Positions 41,062-52,420 of a DNA stretch of 64,000 nt are shown here, piece by piece. The stretch is from an uncultured Planctomycetaceae bacterium (GTDB lineage Bacteria; Planctomycetota; Planctomycetia; Pirellulales; PALSA-1355), in assembly GCA_963793635.1 (NCBI GenBank), contig CAWCAX010000004.1, positions 1,276,004 through 1,340,003 on the forward strand, in the 5' to 3' direction. The position numbers were made by a program, and so were the translations under genes. How positions within the stretch are numbered: the first letter of the stretch is position 1; each line of letters begins with the position of its first letter. The notes below the pieces were generated by a model that worked only from the letters and a program-made list of their open reading frames with translations, was not told the DNA's origin and did no database searches.

Positions 41062-41791
41062 GGCCAGCTCCTTTCCAAAAGCGGACTGTTTCGCGGATCC
41101 GATTCGATCGGACCGAACACATCAACCTACCGAACAAGCGGCTCGATCTTACAACAGAACCGGGAATTGTTTTTCCAGCAGCAAATTGTTGCGCAATCGA
41201 GAATCGGATTATTCCACCGATTGATGACGCTCGCTTCCCGCGTCAAAAAGGCATCCGTATGACGGGATAACGCTGGCGTGCCGGAAAGCCATTCGTATTT
41301 TCAGTCTGTTCGGCTACTGGCAATTATGGGCGTTCTCGCCCTTCTGCGAGCCGCGGAAAACGAAGGTTAGCCTCGACCGCCGCTGAGTCTCAGACGGTCT
41401 GGCTCGTCAAGCTGTCAGGACATTGGCCGCCCGCGGCTGCGGCGCTACTGGCCGACGTTTCCGGAAGCTCGTCGGTGATGGCTGAGGTAGCGGGGCTGCC
41501 ATGTGCTGCAAAATCGAAAATCTCCGATATTAGGCGGTACGGCGCTTTTGAATTCCGAGACGAGTTTCCAGGAATTGCTGCCCGAAGATTAGTAGTTCTC
41601 GCGACTTGCAGCAACGAGCCCCAAGAATCGAACGTTTTCTGGCAGCGCTGACTCCTGCGCTTGGAACTCCGTGCGGGTGGCGATCAGGTACGGTAGAATC
41701 GCGGCTGGCGGTAATCTGCCTGGTGCGCTTCCCTAAGAACCGAACTGTTTGACAGAGCATGCTCAGCGCCAACGCCGCAAACGGGCTCAAG

Positions 41792-42469
41792 ATGTTCAAG
41801 CGACTACTAATCGCTTTGTTGCCCTGCGTGTTACCTTTGTGCGGACGCCAAGCCAAGCCGGAGGGCGATATTCGCATGGTTTACCCTAACGACATTCTTT
41901 TCTCCTTGCCGACGCTAAGCGACCCGGCACCAGCAGTTGAGGTCGAAGTGCTACCAAACGGTGCGAAGTCACTTCACGAGGACGACTGGCGACAGGTCGA
42001 GTTTGTCGCAGGCACGAATCTCGCTCTTATTAAGCAGGAACTTACGAGTTTGGCAGCTTTCAAGCAGAAACATCATCGCGGTGAAGGTTGGACGCAGGTT
42101 GATATTCGCAACGAGCATCCGACGCCGTTTGCCACGGTTCGGCTGCAATTCGGGAGCTTGCCGTCCTTTCCCATCTCGGCACTTGCTATTGGCGGTGGGC
42201 CGCCGTGGGGGGGCACCGTTCGGGGTGGCTTCGCGCTTACGGATGCCACTGACTGGTTTATCTACGGACAGCGCACTGACGGTGGTCAAGTTGTCCAGTT
42301 GGCCGTTTCACCGGGCGGCTCGGCTCCGTCTGAACAGTTTGCTCTTGCGTTGTCGCAATTTGCTCAAACCGCGGAATTGCTCCTCGTTGATTGGTATGCC
42401 GGTTTGGTTGTCGAAACGACATCAGCAGAGTCGGTTCTCGCTTGGACTCGCCGTTTTCAGAGGCAGTGA
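41792..42469 (+). CDS. Hypothetical protein, possibly a lipoprotein.
   Basis: MFKRLLIALLPCVLPLCG is signal or lipobox-like. The body is protein-like and no family was recognised. The start is uncertain (41759, 41792 or 41876). Confidence 0.45.
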   Translation: MFKRLLIALLPCVLPLCGRQAKPEGDIRMVYPNDILFSLPTLSDPAPAVEVEVLPNGAKSLHEDDWRQVEFVAGTNLALIKQELTSLAAFKQKHHRGEGWTQVDIRNEHPTPFATVRLQFGSLPSFPISALAIGGGPPWGGTVRGGFALTDATDWFIYGQRTDGGQVVQLAVSPGGSAPSEQFALALSQFAQTAELLLVDWYAGLVVETTSAESVLAWTRRFQRQ

Positions 42470-42633
42470 TCATGTGACGTGGTCACCGGTGAACTGAACG
42501 GCTTCACCGGTGTCGTGAAAAACCACCCATTCCCGGGACCGAGGTTGAATGAATGACGTCCATCGCTCAGTCAGAAATCAAGGTCACGTCGAGGCTGTCG
42601 CCCACGGCGTTCTGGTTAGGAGTTCCTTCAGTG

Positions 42634-45600
42634 ATGCGAACCATTACACGGCCGGCCCTGGTGCGCAACTGGATTCTGGGGCTCGGCTTCGTCCTCGGGG
42701 CGGGTGCCGCGGCACACGCCCGACTGCTGGACAGCGCGGCTACCAAGGCCGATATCGATCTTCAGGCCAGCCAGTCGCTGCGAGATGGTAAGGCACAGGC
42801 GGTCGACCCCAACGAGCTCCTGGATGTGTTGGGGCTCGGCGCGAAAACCAATCCGCGCACCTGGTCTGCCGGAGCCGTTTCGGCGGAAGGAGAGCTGGCC
42901 TCATTTCGGTACGTCGTGGCCTTGAAGCGGTCCGTCGCAATTGGGTCGATCTTCGTTCAAGCCTCCGGCCAGCGGCTGGGGTTATTGAAATCCGATGCGG
43001 CGTATCCGCCCGACGCTCAGGACAGGTCCGCGTGGATCTTTCCACGTCCGGCGGCCGGTCAGTCGGGCGCCGTGCTGTACACCGTCCCCGAGGGCACTAC
43101 GACGCGCGCGCTGCTAATCGTCGACGATCGCGAGGCCGGCGGTTCGAGTGTAGCGGGGCTGACCGTTTTCAAGCAGCGCTGGCAGAATCTCACGCCGGCG
43201 GCTCTCGCCTATGCCGGGCACGAGTACACGGCTCCCAGGTCCCCGAATACCTTTTTTGCTTCCCATGTGACCGAAGGCAGCGGTGACTGGGCCAGCTCGG
43301 GACCGGACAGCACCGGGCGGGTCAGCACTCCGGATATCAACGACATCAACCCGGAGTGGTTCATGCTCGCCTGGAACCAACCGCAAGTGATCCACGGCCT
43401 GTGGCTGGATAGCAATCTACAGACGGTGACGATCGACTCTTATGCCGGCCCCGATTCGCTGAATCCCCGCGTGGGCACTCCCCGCGAATGGCGGCCTCTG
43501 AAAAAACTTGTCCAGCACGTCGACCGCGGACGCTGGATTGTTTTTGACGAGCCGATTCGCACGCGGGGATTGCGGCTGAACATCCTCAAGACCGAGAAGA
43601 CCCCGCGAGTTGCCACGATCCACGGTCTGCAAGTGTTCGGCGACCTGGCCGATCGGCCTCCGACCGACGAGACGGCCGGCAGCCTCGCCGCCGATCGGCC
43701 GCCATTCCGCTTTCCCTATCGGCTGGGGGCCGGCAGCGAAATGACGCTGGTCGTAAATGACGTCCAGGGCAGGCGTGCCAGAAATCTCCTGGCGCGCCAG
43801 CCGGCGGCCGCCGGGCGCAACAGCAAGCCTGGGACCTCAGAGATGAAGACGGCAACTACGTCAGTGCCGGCGATTATCAGTGGCAGGCCATCACCTGGCC
43901 GCAGCTGCAGACGACCTATGAATTCACCGTCTATCCCAATGTCTCGCAGCACTGCGCCGGAAAATCCTCCCTGGTTGACCGGCATCAACGGGCCCGGCGG
44001 ATGGATGGCCGATCACACCGCGCCGATCGCAGTTTGTGCCGCCGGAGACCGGGTTTACTTTGGATCGCTGGTTGCGGAGAGCGGCGTCTCGTTTATCGAG
44101 TGCGATCTGACGGGCAAGAAACTCTGGGCTCACCAATCTTTTGCCGCCTGGACCGGCCCACGTTATCTCGCCTCCGACGGCAAAACCGTCTTTGTCGGTA
44201 GCCAGGTCTTGGGGGAAACGCCCGACACCGTCTGGGGCGTGGACATCGCCACCAGGCAGGTGCGCCAGTTCCTGGCCGTCGCGCCGACTTCCGAACGCAA
44301 ACGCGGCATGAAAGGACTCAGCACCCACGGTGGAAAACTGGCAATGTCGATCGATGCCGCGGAGAACTGGCTCACCAACGCGACGGTTGCCGAGGACGTC
44401 GACCTAGCCGCCTGCTATCCGCTGTATCGCCCGGCAGCAAGCCTCGAGTGGCCTACGAGATCGTTCCTAAGCCGCAAGAGGATTTTTTGCGGCTGTTTCG
44501 CCTGATGGGCGCGCCGCCGGGCATGGGCATCCAGGGTGGCCTGACCTGGCTGCAATCGCAACAGAGTGCGTCGCCCAGGCAGCACATCCTGTTGGCCTTT
44601 CGCCGGCCGGTGCCGCTGGGCAGCGTCGTCTTCCCGGCGCCGACCGCCAAAGATGTGCGCGTCGAGTTGAGTGTGCTCAAGCCGGAACGCGCCCTACCCA
44701 CCCAACCTCGACGACGCCCGGCAGTGGATCCCGTTTCCGGACCAGGCCGACAAAGCCTGGGGTGCCTTGCCGGCTCCGCCAAATACCTTGACGCGCGCGC
44801 TGCGAATCACGCTCGTCAAAGGCAAGCAAAAAGACGATTTGTTGTCCGAAACGGTCAAAGGCACGGCCGCGCCCGCCATCGACTTGGATGTCGCCAAATC
44901 GGCGGGCGAAAAGCCCTCGCTCACCGAGTTCGGCGTGAGCCGCGAAAGTTGGCTGGGACAATTGGAGGGAATGAAGCTGCTCCGCCGCAGATTTTCCAAT
45001 GTCCCTGCCGATGCCGAAATTCGAGTCAACTCGGGCACCGTGACCCGCGACGGGGAATGGGACGCCGAGCGCACGCGGCCGCTCACCGAAGCCGATCCGG
45101 GCATCTACGTCATGCAGTGGAAGTCGGCCCAGCGGATCCGTGGTCTGGCGATCAAGGAGATCGACGGCAAGACGACCAAGATCGACGTGTACACTGGCGC
45201 TGCCGAAGGACCGATCGACATCTCCGCGGCGGCGGACTGGCTGGCGGTCGGAGAGCACCAACCGGTACGCCGGAATCATCACGGCAATACAGAGGCCGAC
45301 AATCACTTCGCGCGCTACATGGACGACTACGTCGACTTTGGACGCGAAATCGCGACCCGCGCCGTTCGACTGCGCGTGATCGAACAATGGTCCGACAACG
45401 GCACGTACGGCGAACTCGGCATGCGCACCGATTTGGGCGGGATGAAGGTCGATCCGACGCGGTGCCGCGTCTTCGGCGTGGCCCCGCTCGCGTATATCGG
45501 CGGCGAGCCCCCGACCGACCCCTTGACCACCCGGCGAATCGAAATCTACGACGTCGCCAGCGGCAAGCTCGAGCAGCAACTACCGATCGATCGACCGGGG

Positions 45601-47937
45601 CAAATAGCCTACCACCCGGCCGGCGATCTGCTGGCCATTTCCGGCAAGGATGTGGTCAAAGTCGGGCCGGGCGGAGGCAAGCCCGAGATTTTCATTAGCG
45701 ATCTCGAGGCGCCCGTGGATCTGGCTTTTGACGCCGACGGACAGTTATACGTCTTCGATGCCGGCCAGGATCGGCAGAATGTCCGGGTCTACGACGCTGC
45801 CGCGCACCTGGTGCGGTCGATCGGCGAGCCTGGCGGCTTACAGATCGGCGCCTGGAACCCGCGACGAATGGGTCAAGTCACCGACATCGACATCGATCAC
45901 ACCGGGCAACTGTGGGTGGTCGAAAATCAATATTTTCCGAAAAGAATCACGCTCTGGTCCAAGGACGGCAAATTCAAGAAGGAGTTCTTCGGGAACACGG
46001 CCTATGGGGGCGGCGGGGTGCTCGATCCGTGGGACAAGACGCGGGCTTTCTACGGGCCGCTGGAATTCAAAATCGATTGGAAGACCGGTCAGTCGCGGCT
46101 GAAGAACCTGACCTGGCAAGGCGCCACGCCCGCCGGCGTGGTGCCGATTCGCATCGATTCGCGAACCTACCTGGTCACGCGGCCCGCGGATAGCCAGGTC
46201 GCCATGTCGTGCGGGATCGTTTACCTGTACGAGCACGATCACCTCAAGCTCGTCGCGGCCGTCGGGCCGGCGGCCAACTTTGAGCCGCTCAAAAATCCGG
46301 AACTGATCTCGCGATTCTCCGGCAAGGCGCTGACGGAACTGCACTTTTGTTGGTCCGATCTCAACGGCAACGGCACGGTGGACTTCGAAGAGTTGGTCCT
46401 GTCGCCGAAAATGGTCGGCCACTTGACCAACTTCAACCGCGACCTGGGCATTCAGTCGGGCCGGTTCCGATTCCAAGTCAAGGAGTTCTTACCCAATGGT
46501 GTGCCGGTCTACGAGGAACGGCGATTGCCCGGCCTGACCGAGGGAGACTTTTACCGTCTGGATGACGGCAACTTTTATCGCTTTGGTTACGGACTCAAAG
46601 AAGCCGTGCTCACCCCCGAGGGGCAGGTTCGCTGGACCTATCCGAGCGAAGGCAACGGCGTGCTGGCCTTCGATCAATTTCGTTCCTGGAACCCCGGACA
46701 GGTGGTTTCGCAGTTCGGTTTTGTCGGCCACGAAACGGCCCCGCAGGGCGACCTCGGCGAGTTTGTGGTCATCAACACCAACTTGGGCGATTGGAACATC
46801 TGGACCCGTGACGGCCTGCTGGTCGGCCCCTTGTTTCGCGATCTGCGCGACCCCCAGGTCCGGCCTTGGAGCATGGCCGAGCACGAGCGCGGAATGCTGC
46901 TCAAGGACATTACCGTGGGGCAGGAGCACTTTTCCGGTTATCTCTGTCGCTCGATGCAGGACGACAAGTATTACGCGGTCGCCGGGCACAATCACTTCAG
47001 CGTGCTCGAAGTACATGGGCTCGAAAAGTTTCAGCGCACCAGCGGCAAGTTTGAGGTCACCGCGGACGATTTACGGCGGGCGCAGAACTGGACCGAGCAG
47101 CACGAACAGCGGAGCGTCTACGAGCGCACCCGGTCCTGGACGCTTTTCGCCTTGCAAAGCCGCCTCAGATCGACGGCAAGCTGGACGATTGGGAGTCCCC
47201 GGCCGCCAGCATCGACGGTTCGGCCAGGTTCTACCTTGGCTATGACGACACGCGTCTGTTTGTCGCCTATGCGACTTCGGGCATGGGGCCGCTGAAGAAC
47301 ACCGGAAGTCAATGGGACCGGATGTTCAAGAGCGGCGCCTGCGTCGATCTGCAATTGGCCACCGATCCCCAGGCCAGTCCGGACCGCGCGGCGCCGGAAC
47401 AAGGCGACCTGCGCTTGCTGATGAGCTACCTGCACGACAAACCCATCGCCGTGCTCTACCGCGCCGTCGTGCCCGACGCATCGAAAGAGCAGCAATGGCG
47501 CGTCGTGTCGCCGACCGGCGAGGTGACTTTTGACGAGGTCGTTCGACTGGAGGACGTGCAAATGGCTCGTTCGGAAACGCCCTCGGGCTATATTGTCGAG
47601 GCGTCCGTTCCGCTGCAAGCGGCTCGGGCTCGAGCCGGCGCCGGGCATGCGACTCAAGCTCGACTGGGGCGTGCTGGTTTCGGGCCCCGACGGAAACGAG
47701 GTCTTGCGGCGCGTGTATTGGGCCAACAAGGCGACAAATATCGTCGCCGATGCGCCTTCCGAGGCGCGATTGTCCCCGCATCTCTGGGGGCATGTTCGAC
47801 TGCTGAATCAGAATCAGAAGTCTTCAGAGAACCGTCTCGACTCGGTCGAGATCAATCCTCGGGCTGGGAAAAAAGGGAAGGATTTGGCCAAAGACGTCGA
47901 CGACATTCTCGAAACGCTCGACGACGAGAAGCGCTAG
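42634..47937 (+). pseudogene. About 1,770-aa secreted protein (beta-propeller/NHL-like repeats, C-terminal CBM9/DOMON-like domain). About six frameshifts as sequenced.
   Basis: AGGAG lies upstream of GTG 42631 / ATG 42634. Signal peptide MRTITRPALVRNWILGLGFVLGAGAAAHA. Readable sequence leaves frame 1 for frame 0 three times, at about 43805-43955, 44445-44690 and 47125-47620. NHL-like DLAFDADGQLYVFDAG. The C-terminus reads PPQIDGKLDDWESP...RLKLDWGVLVSGPDG...YWANKATNIVADAPSEARL.PHLWG. Confidence 0.65.
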
Positions 47938-48204
47938 TCGGCCGCCGGCCATTCGTCGCGGTGCGACACTCGAGCACTCTTCGGAAAGGACCCTGGCGGC
48001 GCGGAACCAGAAGATCCCTGGGCCGGACACGGTAAGACCCGACGTCAAACGCAGCAGAGGCCGAAGGTGTTTTGTCTTCGCCTGGCGGCTACAATGCGTA
48101 AAGCCGTCCGGCCATGTCGTGCTGCCTTGCCGCGCAACCTACCTTGGTCTGTCCTGCACGGCCCACGCCCCAAACTTAGCGCTCAGCATGAAATGGGAAA
48201 TCCG

Positions 48205-49140
48205 ATGACTGCCTGCAAACTCAAGCTCTGCCCGATCGTGCTTCTGGGAATTGGTTTATCGACGTTTTCGTTCGGCGCCGAGGAGCCGATTCCGGCCACA
48301 CCCGTGGCAAAAACTGAGCAGCCGATCAAGATCGACGGAGTGCTCGACGAACCGGCCTGGCTGGCGGCGGCCCCGATCCGCGTGAACTACGTTTGGGGCA
48401 AGACGGGCCAGGCCAACGATCAGCCCACGATGGTGGTCAAGTACACCTGGGACGACAACTATCTCTATATTGGATACGAGACATTCGACCGCAACCTGGT
48501 GGCCCTGGGCACCGACGAAACTCAGGGTCCGCCCAAGAATCAGCGGACCGGGGCCCGGATCGCCGATGCCAAGGAGAAGGTCGACGTGGTCGAGTTCTTT
48601 GTGTCGTTCGGCGACGAGCGATTTTTTTGGGAACTGCACCACAACGCGGCGAATCAATTCAACGATTTGTGGTGCGCAGTGGTCGACGAGGCGTCGCCGA
48701 TCAGCAAACAAACGATCGCCCGCTTCGGCATCTACTTCGGAAATCGCGAGATTGTGGATGACGACACCGAGGCCGGAATCACCCTGGCCAGCGCAGCACG
48801 CCCGAAACCCAAGGCCGACGGCAGCCCATCGACCGTCAACGACAGTTCCGACACCGACACCGGCTACACCGCCGAATTGCGTTTGCCCTGGCTGGGGTTG
48901 GGGGCGCCCACCGAGCGCGAAACCCGGGTCAACGCTCCACCGCTTGCGGCCGGGGAGCCCGAGCGAAACATTCACGGCCCGTGGAAAATGGAAGGCCAGG
49001 AGATGCTGGTGTTGGCCGTTTTTCAGGACGGCGATCTGGCGGACCATTATCACCACTCCAGCCCCACGTTTCCGGGAAGCTGGTTCCACAAGGGGGCGGC
49101 GCACTACCCGCACTATCGGCTGGTCGCGCCGGCCAAATAA
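48205..49140 (+). CDS. Secreted CBM9-like (carbohydrate-binding family 9 / DOMON-like) protein.
   Basis: Signal peptide MTACKLKLCPIVLLGIGLSTFSFGA. Then EQPIKIDGVLDEPAWLAAAPI and YLYIGYETFD. Alternative start is 48193. Confidence 0.65.
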   Translation: MTACKLKLCPIVLLGIGLSTFSFGAEEPIPATPVAKTEQPIKIDGVLDEPAWLAAAPIRVNYVWGKTGQANDQPTMVVKYTWDDNYLYIGYETFDRNLVALGTDETQGPPKNQRTGARIADAKEKVDVVEFFVSFGDERFFWELHHNAANQFNDLWCAVVDEASPISKQTIARFGIYFGNREIVDDDTEAGITLASAARPKPKADGSPSTVNDSSDTDTGYTAELRLPWLGLGAPTERETRVNAPPLAAGEPERNIHGPWKMEGQEMLVLAVFQDGDLADHYHHSSPTFPGSWFHKGAAHYPHYRLVAPAK

Positions 49141-49204
49141 GCGGCGAAGGAAAGCCTGTGCCGCGGGCCGCTTGGACGGAATCATTTCACCGCACCTCAC
49201 GGTT

Positions 49205-50371
49205 TTACAAACCGAGCCGTTGAATCGTCCAGTAAAATCCGATCAAGGCAATCAGGCAGGAAGCCGGAATCGACACCCGCTGGCGGTACCAGGTGCGCTC
49301 GCGGAACCAGCCGACCGTCAACATTGCCAGCGCGATCACCGCCAACTGACCCAGTTCGACACCGACGTTGAACGACAGCAGCGCCGTGAGGAACGCGCTG
49401 GCGGGCAGTTGCGCTTCTTCGAGCACGCCGGCAAAGCCCAGTCCGTGCAAAAGCCCACAGCCGAATACGACCAGCACCCGCCAGGGCCCCAGTCCGCTAG
49501 TGAAAACATTCTCCAGCGCGATGAGCGAAATCGAAACGGCAATCAGCGGCTCGACCACCGAAGCCGGCAACGAAATTTTCTGATAGCTGGAAAGGATCAG
49601 CGTGATCGAATGCGCCACGGTAAAAGCCGTCACCTGCCATAACAGCGGCTTCAATCGCGGGCTGAGCAGAAACAGTCCCAAGACGAACAGCACATGGTCC
49701 GGGCCCTCGGGCAGGATGTGCAAAAATCCCAGGGCCAGATACTCCCAGGCCGTGGTCAGCCAACTCGTCGAATGATCGGAGCGATCGGCCTCGTCGCCAA
49801 TTGGGATCGGGTCGCTCGTGGCACCGTCACGCAATAATTGATGTTCTGGCGGCGCACCGGATCTGTCCACAACCAGCGCCACCGATTCGAGGTCTGCCGG
49901 AAATGTGACGGTGAAATGTCTGGCTCCCGGCGGGACGGTTCCCGCGGCGGCGACGACAAACAGTTGAACGGCGTCGGGTTTGAATTCCGTACGCAATTGA
50001 TCGGCTGCGGGCAGCACAATGGTTTCAGGTCCGCTGACCTGGCCGCCGAAATCGAGCCGGATTCGTTGCCGCAGCGATTGGCGCGCGTCGGCGAGCGCTC
50101 CCTCCAAATCGGCATCCGGCAGGGTGCGAAACTCTTCGGCCAACTCCCGATCCAAATGGCCCGGCCTGGCCTGCATGAGGTAGGCCGGCAGGTCGCAGTC
50201 GATCGTCAGTCGATACGCGCCGTCGGCGGCGATGATCAGCCTGGCTCGCGTCAAGACGACCGTATGGGCAAAGGCGCTCGATGCCGCGCCGACGATGATG
50301 GTCAACAGCAGCCAGCCGATCAGGCGAGGGCGACGGCGGATCAGGCATCGAAATCGGAGTGACGTTGCCAT
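49205..50371 (-). CDS. HupE/UreJ-family membrane protein with a periplasmic N-terminal domain of about 190 aa.
   Basis: Signal cleavage SSAFA|HT gives an N-terminal His. The C-terminal half reads GFLHILPEGPDHVLFVLGLFLL...FTVAHSITL...GLLHGLGFAG...NVGVELGQL. Confidence 0.8.
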   Translation of the reverse strand: MATSLRFRCLIRRRPRLIGWLLLTIIVGAASSAFAHTVVLTRARLIIAADGAYRLTIDCDLPAYLMQARPGHLDRELAEEFRTLPDADLEGALADARQSLRQRIRLDFGGQVSGPETIVLPAADQLRTEFKPDAVQLFVVAAAGTVPPGARHFTVTFPADLESVALVVDRSGAPPEHQLLRDGATSDPIPIGDEADRSDHSTSWLTTAWEYLALGFLHILPEGPDHVLFVLGLFLLSPRLKPLLWQVTAFTVAHSITLILSSYQKISLPASVVEPLIAVSISLIALENVFTSGLGPWRVLVVFGCGLLHGLGFAGVLEEAQLPASAFLTALLSFNVGVELGQLAVIALAMLTVGWFRERTWYRQRVSIPASCLIALIGFYWTIQRLGL

Positions 50372-50532
50372 TGTCTCAAAATGATTTCAGGGGTGAATGT
50401 TTCGAGTGGAATGCACTTTGCAGCCCCACCCAAATCCGCTGTTTTGATGGATCGTGTCCATCTTCACGCGGCCCGATCGCTTTACCTGTGACCTATCTCG
50501 AATATATCCTGAAGTGGGGAGCCCGAGCACGT

Positions 50533-52420
50533 ATGATCCTGAAGCAAATGCTTTTAATCGTGTTATTGACGCTTGCGGCGCAGGGCGGCGCACCGGCGGC
50601 CGACTCGATCGATTCGGCCGAATCGGAGCATCTGCTTCAATATCTGGCCCAACTGCAGGCCGGACAACCGGGTCGAGCCGCCAGCGTCGAAGAGCTGGCG
50701 GATGTTTCGTTTGCCGGATTGCGGCAAATCATCGAAGCCTACGTCGATCTGGAGCAGCCCGTCGAACCGCAGACGCACCGCGCTTTTCAGGCGCTGATCG
50801 AGCGCAGTAGCCGCATGGCGCTTGCACCCTGGCCGCTGGTCACGATGTACTCCGCAGAACTTTCCCAGTTCCTGATTGCACGCCCGGGCGAGAATCCGCT
50901 TGCCGAGCGCCTGCTCCAACGGCTACTGCAAAGCGGCAAGGAGCGGCGCGCGTCGGATTTGGCGGTGCGGCTCGTGCCGCAGGCGACGCTCCGTTATCTA
51001 CTCAGCGGCCAGACCGAGGCACGAGTCGCGCTCTTGGAGGCTTGGAACCGGCAGCTCGCACGCGCGGTCGAGCGCCGGCCCATCGATTCGCTCGATCAAC
51101 TTGTGGCCGAGATTTGCGGCTCGCTAGGCCCCGTTCCGTCGGCGGGCGAACTGGTGGCCGGCTTGCAGTTCCTGGGATCTTGGCCGAAGCAGCACGACGC
51201 CTATCTGGCTGCCTTGCGGGCATGTCTGAAAAGCGCCGACGCGGCCGTGGTGTCGGCCGCGCTCACGGTGCAGCAGCGCATGCCGGCCGGACTCGAGTGG
51301 AACGAAGCGGTCGTTTCGCGATTTTCCGATCACCCCACGATCGTCGAAGCGGCGCTCAAGAACTATGCCTTCGATTCGGCCCACGACCATTCGGCCGTTT
51401 TCGCGCCGCTTGTGGGCGGGGCTGAAGAGCGATGACGAGCGCGGCCGCTATAGTTGCCTGTTTGCGATGGGGGTCCATCCACAGGGGAATGACGCGATTG
51501 CGCTGGAGGCGGTCCTCGACAGGCCCTATGCTTTTGTCGACGTCGCCATGCCGGTGCTCGAGCACGGCGACCCGCAGCGCGCCCGGCAAGCCGTGTCGCA
51601 TGTGCTGGGCAACTCGAAGCGGGGCTGCGAGGAAGCCTTGCGATTGGCGCGCGGCATGAAGCTCGAGGGCTTCGACGAGCAGGCCTTGCAGATTGCCCTC
51701 GACAAGAATCGAGATCAAATCTTGCGGCAATCGGCAATGTTCTATCTGCAATTGGCCGACGGCAAGTGGCGGCGGCAACTGCTCTGGATGTTGACCGCTC
51801 CCAACGCCGATCTGCGGCTGACCGCGATCCAGATGTTCGGCCCCGTGAGTGGACTAAGTCAGCAGGACCGGGACGAGATCGGGCCGGCCCTGATCCGGGT
51901 GGCGCTCGACGATCCGTCGATGGGGCATCGGCAAGAAGCCATTTACGTCTTGGGTAATTGGCGCCAGGCCATGGCGGCCAAGTTTTTTCGCACGGTGCTG
52001 GCCGACCATCCGCCGGCGCCGCTTGAGCCCCAGCAGCAAATCGACCAGCGCTATTGGGACTATCGGCTGCGTTTGGTCGCCCTGCTGGGGTTGGCCAAGC
52101 TCGATGATCATGCGGCGCACGACGAGCTGCTCGAACTGCATCGCCAAGGCGGACCGGTCGAACGCATGGACGTCCTGCTCGCTTTTCGCGATCTGGGCGA
52201 AGTGCCGGCCGGCGCTTGGGACGACCTGGATTCGATCGAACCCAAACTTGTGGCCACGGCCCAGCAGCTCATCGCCGCCCACGCCGACGCCGCCGCAGGC
52301 CAGCGCTTAAGGAAATTCTTTCGCCGCTCGCCATTGTGGCTCGAGTTCGAGGGCTCTGGCCTGGACGATCACAACATTCTCGAGTCCGCGGGACTGGGGG
52401 GGCACGATGACCCGCACTAG
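50533..52420 (+). pseudogene. Secreted HEAT/ARM-like repeat protein, one frameshift as sequenced (ORFs 50359..51435 and 51365..52420).
   Basis: Signal peptide MILKQMLLIVLLTLAAQGGAPAA. Helical-repeat composition throughout. The join is near 51400 (DHSAVFA | LWAGLKSDDERGRY). Confidence 0.6.

Noticed and set aside
44448-45698. The 416-aa ORF 44448..45698 and the 250-aa ORF 47283..48035, considered as independent genes.
   Set aside because: Only their first 80 and 110 codons or so read like protein and continue the neighbouring frames. The remainder is Arg-rich out-of-frame translation of the 5.3-kb gene.
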